64,000 nt of DNA from an uncultured bacterium. Lineage in GTDB: Bacteria > Omnitrophota > Gorgyraeia > Duberdicusellales > CBEUCJ01. The stretch is from NCBI GenBank assembly GCA_965541615.1, contig CBEUCJ010000005.1, forward strand, positions 46,251 through 110,250, read 5' to 3'. Position 1 is the stretch's first letter; every line of letters begins with the position of its first letter. Below the pieces are notes generated by a model. It made no database searches. It was not told the DNA's origin and saw only the letters and a list, made by a program, of their open reading frames with translations. The position numbers and the translations under genes were made by a program. Below, piece after piece: positions 40,731-48,893 of this stretch.

Positions 40731-41395
40731 TCTGAAAGAGGTTTAAAGAAAAGTAAGGATAAATTTACTTCTCCTTCTTCATCTTTTAAAGTGATCACTT
40801 TTAAATTAAAAAACTCTTTTTTCTGTTTAGAAGGAAAATAAATTCCAATCTTTCTTTCTTTCTCATCTATTTTATCTTCAAATATCTCTTTATAAAGTTC
40901 TCTGAATTCAGTGTTCTCTTTGTGATTTAGAAAGAAATCTACAGAAATCTCTGACCAATTAACTCCAAACAATTCTTGAGCTTTTGGATTTATCTTTAAT
41001 TTCTGTGATTCCAATATTCCTATAGCTTGAGGAGAAACTCTTAAAAGATTTCTTATAATTTTATTGGTAAGAAAAGCTCTTTTTTCATTCTCTTTTAATG
41101 AACCTCTTAAATTTTCTAAAAACCTATTCATCTTTTCAGAGATCTTTTGAAACTCTCCTTTATTCTCATATTTTATGCCCACATTTTGTTCACCTTCTAT
41201 TAACTTATTTAAAAGTGTATCCATCTTTTTGATAAAAAAATGAAAAAGATTAAATATCTTCAATATGAGTAAAGCTAATGCTAAGGTGAGTAAGCTATTT
41301 AAAAGATAAATAGGATTATCTTTGTAAAGAAAAAGATTGAGAAAGCTTATTAAAAGCAAAATAACAAATACCAAAATTAAAAAAAATCTTGTCAT
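40727..41395 (-). CDS. Membrane-anchored protein with coiled-coil and a PAS-like segment, no output domain
   Basis: Two N-terminal TMs, then a HAMP-like helix and ...NPKAQELFGVNWSEISVDF... Confidence 0.3.
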   Translation of the reverse strand: MTRFFLILVFVILLLISFLNLFLYKDNPIYLLNSLLTLALALLILKIFNLFHFFIKKMDTLLNKLIEGEQNVGIKYENKGEFQKISEKMNRFLENLRGSLKENEKRAFLTNKIIRNLLRVSPQAIGILESQKLKINPKAQELFGVNWSEISVDFFLNHKENTEFRELYKEIFEDKIDEKERKIGIYFPSKQKKEFFNLKVITLKDEEGEVNLSLLFFKPLSE

Positions 41396-41397
41396 CT

Positions 41398-42084
41398 TTA
41401 CTGAGACAAAAACTCTCTTATGTTCTTTTCTCCTCCAATTATTAAAAGGACGTCTTGAGATTGAAGTTTTGTATCAGGAAGAGGGATATCTATAATCTCT
41501 TCATCAAAACCTATTTGACCATCTTCTCTGATAGAAGGTTTTTTTCTCTTTATAGCTATGATGTTAATCTTAAATTTTCTACGTGGATCTATTTCTTTTA
41601 TAGTCTTATTTACATAGTTTTTAGGGACTTTAGCTTCAATTAAAACATGACCTGCACTTAAAGGGATGAATTTTTCCATCTCTTTGGAAGCTAATGAATT
41701 TGCCAGCATTTGACCTACCTCTTCTTCCACATTTATAACCCTTGTTACACCTACTTGTTTTAAAATTTCTTCTTGAAGAGGATTTATAACTCTAGCATAA
41801 ATTTTCTTTACTCCCATCTTCTTTAAAAGCATAGTGATCAATAAATTTGCTTCTACATTATCTCCAATAGCTACAATAGCTGCATCTATATCTTCTAATC
41901 CTAAAGCACTCAAAGACTCTTTATCTGTAGCATCAAAACAAACAGCTTGCGTAACAAAATCTTTTATTTCCTCTACCCTTTGTTTGTTTTTATCTACAGC
42001 TATTACATCTACTCCTTTTTCCTGTAAAGATTTTGCTACTTTTGAACCAAACTTTCCTAATCCAAAGACTACTATCTGCTTCAT
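41398..42084 (-). CDS. ktrA: K+ uptake system NAD-binding (RCK) subunit
   Basis: QIVVFGLGKFGSKVAKSLQEKGVDVIAVD is a Rossmann RCK_N domain followed by RCK_C. Confidence 0.8.
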   Translation of the reverse strand: MKQIVVFGLGKFGSKVAKSLQEKGVDVIAVDKNKQRVEEIKDFVTQAVCFDATDKESLSALGLEDIDAAIVAIGDNVEANLLITMLLKKMGVKKIYARVINPLQEEILKQVGVTRVINVEEEVGQMLANSLASKEMEKFIPLSAGHVLIEAKVPKNYVNKTIKEIDPRRKFKINIIAIKRKKPSIREDGQIGFDEEIIDIPLPDTKLQSQDVLLIIGGEKNIREFLSQ

Positions 42085-43382
42085 CCTACCATCACTCCTT
42101 CCTGAGGAAAAGAAAACTTTTCTTCTTTAGGTTCAGAACGCAATAAATAAGCAAAAGTTACAGGACCCAGTTTACCTATAATCATTAAAACAGACAGCAA
42201 AATTTTTGACATATCTTTTAAAAAAGGAGTAATGCCCGTACTTAATCCACATGTAGCAAAAGCTGACGTCACTTCAAAAAGTATTTTATCAAAGGCGAAA
42301 TTTTCTTCAATACTAATAAAAATTGTAAAAATAAAGATAGAAAATAGACCAAAGCAGAATACACTTACAGCCCTTTTAAAATTCTCTAAAGGGATCTCTC
42401 TTCCTAATATAAAAGAATTTCTTCTTCCCTTTATAAAATCTATTATAGATTTAAAGATCACGAACAAAGTTGTAGTCTTTATACCCCCACCTGTTGAACC
42501 TGGACATGCTCCTATAAACATTAAGAACATTAAAAATATTTGAGTAGGGATTTTGAGATTCTTTATAGACAAGGTATTAAAACCAGCTGTCCTGGCAGTG
42601 ACTGATTGAAACCAAGATGCAAGAATCTTTTCTTTAACAGGTAATTTAGAAAGAGAATTATTAAATTCTAAAAGATAAAAAATTAGACTCCCGCTTACCA
42701 GCAAAATTAAACTCATCAATAAAACTATCTTTGTATGGAGTTTAAACCTAGTTTTAAAAAAGAACAGATCTCTGTTCACAAAAAAACCTAATCCTCCTAG
42801 AATTATAAGAAAAGAAAAAATAAGATTAGTAGCTAAATTATCTCTAAATCTTACTAAGCTATCTGGGAATAAAGAAAAACCTGCATTACAAAAAGCAGAG
42901 ATTGAATGAAATACAGAGTAATAAAGATTTTTCAGTGAGATCCCAAAATAAGGGATCCAATTTAAAAATAAAAACCCAGCTCCAATAGATTCTATGATAA
43001 ATGTAAATAGTATTATAAATTTAAGTACTTTTTTTAATTCAGCTAAACTTTGAGCTTCCAAAATCTCTTTTAACAATACTTTTTGTTTTAGAGAGTAACT
43101 CTGTCCTAAAAATAAACCGACTGATGCTGCAAAGGTCATTATTCCTAAGCCACCTATTTGAATTAAAAATAATATAACTATCTGCCCAAACAAAGAAAAA
43201 TCTTTAGAGAGATCTTTTGTAACCAAACCTGTAACACACACTGCTGAACTCGCAGTAAAAAAAGCATCTACTACTTTTATAGGCTCATTTTTTGCAGAAA
43301 TAGGGAGGCTCAATAAAAAGGTACCTATAAAAATCACAAAAAGAAGACTTCCTAATAACCTCCATGCAGTTTTAAACCTCAT
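42081..43382 (-). CDS. ktrB: K+ transporter membrane subunit (TrkH/KtrB family)
   Basis: 433 aa and polytopic; repeated selectivity-filter-like GxG segments (e.g. GGLG, TGGG). Confidence 0.8.
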   Translation of the reverse strand: MRFKTAWRLLGSLLFVIFIGTFLLSLPISAKNEPIKVVDAFFTASSAVCVTGLVTKDLSKDFSLFGQIVILFLIQIGGLGIMTFAASVGLFLGQSYSLKQKVLLKEILEAQSLAELKKVLKFIILFTFIIESIGAGFLFLNWIPYFGISLKNLYYSVFHSISAFCNAGFSLFPDSLVRFRDNLATNLIFSFLIILGGLGFFVNRDLFFFKTRFKLHTKIVLLMSLILLVSGSLIFYLLEFNNSLSKLPVKEKILASWFQSVTARTAGFNTLSIKNLKIPTQIFLMFLMFIGACPGSTGGGIKTTTLFVIFKSIIDFIKGRRNSFILGREIPLENFKRAVSVFCFGLFSIFIFTIFISIEENFAFDKILFEVTSAFATCGLSTGITPFLKDMSKILLSVLMIIGKLGPVTFAYLLRSEPKEEKFSFPQEGVMVG

Positions 43383-43726
43383 CTTTCAATGAATTTAATT
43401 TTATCTCCTATTTCTATCTTCTTTTTCTTTATAAGTCCAGATTTAATTTCTATTATGTATTTGGCTTTATTTACCCATTTACAAATTCTAAAAGGAACTA
43501 CATTCTCTTCTAACTTTATGACTTTAAATTCTTTGTCTAAGTATATCACATCTATGTTGAATTTCATAAAAAAAGTATGGATTTGTTTACAGTTCTCAAA
43601 AATTAAAGCCTCTTTTTCTGAGATATCTTTTTTAAACATTAAGCCTTTTAACCTCTCAAAAAAATTTCTGGCAAATTTTGCTTCTTCAAACAGAACTTCG
43701 TTTTTGGTCTCATTTATTATAAGCAT
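43379..43726 (-). CDS. DUF192 family protein
   Basis: FERLKGLMFKK...ALIF...IHTFFMKFNIDVIYLDKEFKVI... matches the DUF192 pattern (..RGLMgR.. / f.M.nt..pLDiiF). Confidence 0.5.
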   Translation of the reverse strand: MLIINETKNEVLFEEAKFARNFFERLKGLMFKKDISEKEALIFENCKQIHTFFMKFNIDVIYLDKEFKVIKLEENVVPFRICKWVNKAKYIIEIKSGLIKKKKIEIGDKIKFIER

Positions 43727-44763
43727 AGTTTATCTAGAAAACTGATCTTTAACTGCCCACATCCTCCTTTAATATCTTTTCCTCTTGGAGTTCTTAAGGT
43801 AGCTTTTATCCCATATTTTCTCAACAATTCACAAAAGCTCTTTGCCTCTTCTAAAGAAGGTTCAAATAGATCCTCTATTCCTTCTATAGGGTTATAAGGA
43901 ATTACATTCATTTTAAATTTGAAACCTCTAATCTTTCTTATTCTCTGAGCATCTTTTATTGAATCATTTAAACCTCTAAAGAGAATATATTCAAAAGTTA
44001 TCTCTCTCTTTGTTTTTTTAAAGTATCTTTTTAAAGCCTCCATCAAAGTATCTAAGGAATAAATTTTATTTATTGGCATTAGAAAATTTCTGAGATCATT
44101 ATCTAAAGTATGTAAAGAGACTGCTAACTCTATCTTAAGATTTTCTTCAGATAACCTTTCAATCTGAGGAACCAATCCACAGGTAGATACTGTTATCTTT
44201 CTTTGAGAAATATTTAAACTTTGAGGAGAAGTAATTATTCTTATAGACTTAATAAGATTCTCATAGTTATCTAAAGGTTCACCTATTCCCATAAATACTA
44301 TATTGGTGATTTTAGCAATTCTCTTTACTAAAATTATTTGATCTAATATTTCTGAAGTAGACAAATTTCTTATAAATCCTAATTTTCCTGAAGCGCAAAA
44401 ATAACAATTGAATTTACATCCGATTTGAGTAGAAACACAAAGAGTGCATCTTTTCTTATGAGGAATCAAGACACTCTCTATAAATTTTGCATCTGATGTT
44501 TCAAAAAGGAATTTTTGAGTCTTATCTTTTGATATCAATTTCTTTCTTAACTTTAAACTGGACAATGAAAAATTCCTTTCTAAAAAATCTCTCAAATTTA
44601 GAGGGAGATCTGTCATCTCGGAAAAATTACTTACATTTTTTTTATAAACCCAGTTAAATATTTGCTCTGCTCTAAAACTTTCTATTCCTATTTTTTTAAA
44701 ATAATCTTTAAGCTCAGAAAGAGAAAATTCTTTGATATCTATTTTTTTTGAAGAAAGTTGCAT
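43717..44763 (-). CDS. rlmN: 23S rRNA/tRNA (adenine-C2)-methyltransferase, radical SAM (RlmN/Cfr family)
   Basis: CVSTQIGCKFNCYFCASGKLGFIRNLSTSEI. Confidence 0.75.
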   Translation of the reverse strand: MQLSSKKIDIKEFSLSELKDYFKKIGIESFRAEQIFNWVYKKNVSNFSEMTDLPLNLRDFLERNFSLSSLKLRKKLISKDKTQKFLFETSDAKFIESVLIPHKKRCTLCVSTQIGCKFNCYFCASGKLGFIRNLSTSEILDQIILVKRIAKITNIVFMGIGEPLDNYENLIKSIRIITSPQSLNISQRKITVSTCGLVPQIERLSEENLKIELAVSLHTLDNDLRNFLMPINKIYSLDTLMEALKRYFKKTKREITFEYILFRGLNDSIKDAQRIRKIRGFKFKMNVIPYNPIEGIEDLFEPSLEEAKSFCELLRKYGIKATLRTPRGKDIKGGCGQLKISFLDKLCL

Positions 44764-47700
44764 TAGATGATTTTTTTAATTTTGTAAGCTTCTCTTAGAA
44801 TTTTTTGGTAAGAGACTTGGGCTTTTTCAACTTTATCTGTCTCTTCTTCTAACTTCTTAGTAAAATTTTCTTCAACGTATTCAGAATAGTTCTTTGACAA
44901 AAAATTATAAACCTTAATTCCTAATTTTGTAGGAAAGAGCTTCTTATTCTTTTCAACTACATAACCTCTTTCTAAAAGAGTATTCACTATCTGTGCGTAG
45001 GTAGAAGGTCTCCCCAAGCCTCTTTCTTTCATTCTCATTATGAGTGAACCTTGGGTAAAGGGAGGTGAAGAAGGAACAAATCTTATTTTGAGAGGTCTTA
45101 TCACAAACTCTTCTCTCTTAACTATCTTTATACTCAAATTGTATTTTAAAAAGCCTTCTTCTAATATTTTAAAAGGTACAGATATTTCTTTTTCAAAAAA
45201 ATCAAGTTTAATCTTTAGAATTTTATATTTAACTTTGGCAGGTTTCATTTGAGAAGAAATAAATCTTTTAAAAATCATATCATATATTTTTAGACCAGCT
45301 TGTAAGTTATCTAATTCTAAGACTCCCATATTTATAGAAAATCTTATGTTTTCTGAATCTTGAGGTTGTGTAGGTCTTATACACTCATGAGCTCCTTCTG
45401 AGAAGTAACTTCTATTTTCTACAAACTCTTTTCCAAACCTTTCTTCTATGAACTTTTTAGCTACATTTTGACCCAAAATTGACACTCTTGTAGAATCTGT
45501 TCTATGGTAAGTTATTAACCCTTTCTCAAATAATTCTTGTAAAACTTTCATAGTATAAAGAGCTGAAAAAGGAGAATCTTTTAAGATAGCATCTGTGGTG
45601 TAAGGTGGTTCAGGGTAGATTAGTTCTTCTTTTTCATCTATTATTTCTATTTGAGCTCTTTCTAAATTATCAAATACTTTTTTAGCAAGAGCGGTATCTT
45701 CAAATTCTAAATTGACTTTAAAATCTGCTATTTCAAATTCCACTATTGCTTTCTTTTCTTTTAACTTATTGTAATTCTCAATTATCCAACCTAAGACTGG
45801 TGTCTGAACTCTACCTGCAGAAAGAGAATGATTCTTAAATACACTCCAAAGTTTTTGAGATAAAGCAAACCCTATCCATCTATCAGAGATTCTTCTTACC
45901 AGTTGAGCTTTTACTAAATCAAGATTTATATCTCTAGAATTCTCTAAAGCTTTTTTAAAACTATAAGGGGTTACTTCATGAAACTCAGCTCTTTTTACAT
46001 AAGGACAAAAAAATCTTAAAGCCAAAAAAATATCATAGGCTATCTTTTCACCTTCAGCATCTGGGTCTGTACATATGAAGACCTCATCTGCCCAGAAAGC
46101 AGAAGTCCTTAAATCCTCTACTATCTGAAATTTATCTTTTATATTTTTCTTATCTTCCTCTTTAAGATGATCTATTTCTACGTATTGGGTCTTATCTTTC
46201 AAAGAAACTTTGATCGTATCATAGACAGGAATGAATCTGTTTTCAGTTAAAATTCCAAAAAATCCTTTACTGTTAACCAGATCAAAAACATGTCCTAAGC
46301 AAGCTGTGATAGAAAGAATCCTATCTGTTAAAGGGATCTCATAAAAAACTAAATCTCCTTCTATTCTAATTTGAGGTTTACCAAAAAAAGAAGCTATAGT
46401 CTTTGCTTTAGAAGGAGACTCTACTATTACTAAAGTATTCTTGAAAAGTTGAAATTCAACTAAAGGTGCTTTTTTTTCTAAGATTTTTTTTGCATATTCT
46501 CTATCTTTATCTAACTCTTCTTTTAACTCATCTAATACTTCTTCTTTGAAATCTATAAATTCTATCTCCTGAGCTTTAAAGAAAGTATCTAATCTTTTCT
46601 TCAAAGAATTAAAAAATTTGGGATTCGTGTATAATAAAAAAGATGCGCCTTTGGTTAACTTAGAACCTATCAATCTAGAAGTCCTACCTGTAGCCTGTAT
46701 GTAGGTAGGAGCATCGCCTAAAATTATAAAAAATTTATTTTCTTCTTTAAGCAAAAAAACTTCTTTTGAATTTTTAATCTTTTCTATAAATCTTTCATCT
46801 TTAAAAAGATTCTTTAAGAACTCCTTTATTTTATCTACTCTCTCTTTTATCTTAGGGTATTTATCTAAAGCCTCTTCTCTAAGTCCTAAGTATTTTTTAA
46901 GAAAGAAAATATAACTTTGAACTTTCTCTTTTTCTTCTATTAAATTATAAAGACTACACAATAAACTAAAGAGTTCTTTTAAAGTAATATCTTCAGAGAT
47001 AGGGATTTTAAATAAAGGGGGTTCTAAAAAAATAGCATATTTAATAACTGAAGGTAAATCTATTCCCCTTACCAAAGGATTGTTTATTAGTGATAGACCT
47101 ACTACAACTTCGTATTCACCTTTTTCAAAATCTTTAAGATTTAGTTTCTCATAAAAACAAGCTTTAATCCCTTCTTTTTTGTAGAACTCAACTAATTCTT
47201 CTGCTTTCTTTTTTCCTTCTAAACTTGAAATAAATATTAAACCCCCTGAACCTAATTTTTTTATTATCTTTAAAGAAATTTTTTTTGCTGAATTAATATC
47301 AGGTACCTCTAATTTAAAATCATCTATATTTCTCAAAGTAGAACTCGCTTTTTGAATGTCAAAACCCAAAAGATTCCTAAAGAGTTTAATTCTGTTTGTT
47401 TTTGGAACCAAAGTAGCAGATGACAGTATCAACAGTTTTTCTTTTCTATTCCTTAATTCTTTTAACTTTTCTAAGTCATCTTCTGTTTTCTTATCTTTTA
47501 AAGCTAATTTTATCTCATAATCTGTAAATCCTAATAATTTAAAAAGGGAATCTATATTTTTTGATCTTTTTAAAAAAGAATCTACATCATCTATAAAAAT
47601 AAATTTAAAATCTATCTCCAATAATTTATTCACATTTTTATGCAAAAAGGCATTAGTACAAATGAAAATATCAAACTCTTTATCTCTAAACTCCTTTTTA

Positions 47701-48185
47701 ATCCTTTCTTTTGGCTCATAAAAGAGGACTCTTTTTTTACTATTCACTTTCTCTAAAAACTCATTTAATCTGTTTTGGGCTTGCCTTCCTAAGAGTTTTG
47801 TAGGAACAATTATTAATACTTTACTTTCAAAAAAACAGCTTAAAACTAAACCAAAAGTAGTTTTGCCCACACCAGTAGGAGCTACTATAGCAAAACTTTT
47901 TTTCAAAAAAACTCTCTTTGCCCAAGTTTTTTGAAGATTCTGTAATACAAAACCTGTAGCTTTTTTAAAAAAATCTTCAAACTCATATAATTTTTTTTCG
48001 CATTCATAAATGGGTTTTAGTTTTAATAATCTATTTTTTTTCTTTAAAGCCTCCAAAATATTTTTATTTTTTAGAGGTCTTTTTAAACATTTTTCACAGA
48101 CTAAACCTTCTTTTAACCTCAAATCACTAATACTCCCTCCACAATTAGGACAACCTCTTTCAAATATTAAAAGAGGAGCATTCAT
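44763..48185 (-). CDS. rgy: Reverse gyrase (helicase-like N-terminal domain fused to type IA topoisomerase)
   Basis: 1140 aa. N-terminal Zn finger CPNCGG...CEKC, Walker A APTGVGKTT, DDVD box, then a TOPRIM/topo IA block LVIVESPSKAKTIASFFG; no intein. Confidence 0.9.
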   Translation of the reverse strand: MNAPLLIFERGCPNCGGSISDLRLKEGLVCEKCLKRPLKNKNILEALKKKNRLLKLKPIYECEKKLYEFEDFFKKATGFVLQNLQKTWAKRVFLKKSFAIVAPTGVGKTTFGLVLSCFFESKVLIIVPTKLLGRQAQNRLNEFLEKVNSKKRVLFYEPKERIKKEFRDKEFDIFICTNAFLHKNVNKLLEIDFKFIFIDDVDSFLKRSKNIDSLFKLLGFTDYEIKLALKDKKTEDDLEKLKELRNRKEKLLILSSATLVPKTNRIKLFRNLLGFDIQKASSTLRNIDDFKLEVPDINSAKKISLKIIKKLGSGGLIFISSLEGKKKAEELVEFYKKEGIKACFYEKLNLKDFEKGEYEVVVGLSLINNPLVRGIDLPSVIKYAIFLEPPLFKIPISEDITLKELFSLLCSLYNLIEEKEKVQSYIFFLKKYLGLREEALDKYPKIKERVDKIKEFLKNLFKDERFIEKIKNSKEVFLLKEENKFFIILGDAPTYIQATGRTSRLIGSKLTKGASFLLYTNPKFFNSLKKRLDTFFKAQEIEFIDFKEEVLDELKEELDKDREYAKKILEKKAPLVEFQLFKNTLVIVESPSKAKTIASFFGKPQIRIEGDLVFYEIPLTDRILSITACLGHVFDLVNSKGFFGILTENRFIPVYDTIKVSLKDKTQYVEIDHLKEEDKKNIKDKFQIVEDLRTSAFWADEVFICTDPDAEGEKIAYDIFLALRFFCPYVKRAEFHEVTPYSFKKALENSRDINLDLVKAQLVRRISDRWIGFALSQKLWSVFKNHSLSAGRVQTPVLGWIIENYNKLKEKKAIVEFEIADFKVNLEFEDTALAKKVFDNLERAQIEIIDEKEELIYPEPPYTTDAILKDSPFSALYTMKVLQELFEKGLITYHRTDSTRVSILGQNVAKKFIEERFGKEFVENRSYFSEGAHECIRPTQPQDSENIRFSINMGVLELDNLQAGLKIYDMIFKRFISSQMKPAKVKYKILKIKLDFFEKEISVPFKILEEGFLKYNLSIKIVKREEFVIRPLKIRFVPSSPPFTQGSLIMRMKERGLGRPSTYAQIVNTLLERGYVVEKNKKLFPTKLGIKVYNFLSKNYSEYVEENFTKKLEEETDKVEKAQVSYQKILREAYKIKKII

Positions 48186-48805
48186 TTTTTACTAAATTTT
48201 TTTAAAGCAGATATCTCTTTTTTTATCCTTTCTCTTATGTGAGGATAATTTTTTGGCACAAATTTCAAAGCTTTTTTATAGCTTTCTAAAGCTTCCTCAA
48301 AATCACCTCTAATCTTTAAACATTCTGCCAAATTTGCCCAACTTACACTATGGGAAGTATCAAACTCTAAAGCTTTTTTAAAGTAAATTATAGCTTTTTC
48401 GTACATCTCCTTTTCCATTAAAATCCAACCTTTATTATGATAGAGTATTTTATGTTCACCTGCTAATTTCAATCCTAACTCTATGCATTCTAAAGCTTTA
48501 TCTAACTCTTTCAAATCAGCTAAACACAAAGCTTTATCATTGTAGGTTTCAGCATCATAAGGATTTATTTTTAAAGCTTTATCAAAATATTTAATTGCTT
48601 TTTTATAATCTTCTTTTAAGATGAGGCTTTCAGCTTTAAAGTAATACTGATAAAATTTATTTTTGAGTAATTTAGATTTTTTAAGCCCTTTTTTTATTAG
48701 TTGAGAGGCTTTTTCATAATCTAAAAAGGTTAAAGCTGTATCTAAATCTTTTCTTATCCTCTCTAAAGTTTTATCATATGAAAACTTTTCTTTTTCCAGA
48801 TCCAT
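48182..48805 (-). CDS. Tetratricopeptide-repeat protein
   Basis: Repeated ...A..YF.KAL...P....... units (KAIKYFDKALKINPYD, KAIIYFKKALEFDTSH, EALESYKKALKFVPKN). Confidence 0.6.
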   Translation of the reverse strand: MDLEKEKFSYDKTLERIRKDLDTALTFLDYEKASQLIKKGLKKSKLLKNKFYQYYFKAESLILKEDYKKAIKYFDKALKINPYDAETYNDKALCLADLKELDKALECIELGLKLAGEHKILYHNKGWILMEKEMYEKAIIYFKKALEFDTSHSVSWANLAECLKIRGDFEEALESYKKALKFVPKNYPHIRERIKKEISALKKFSKK

Positions 48806-48893
48806 AACTTTAAATTTTATCTTTTAGATTTTATCATACAAGTTTTTAATGTAAATCTTGAAAATCTAGATTTTTATAGTATCTTTAAAGAAT

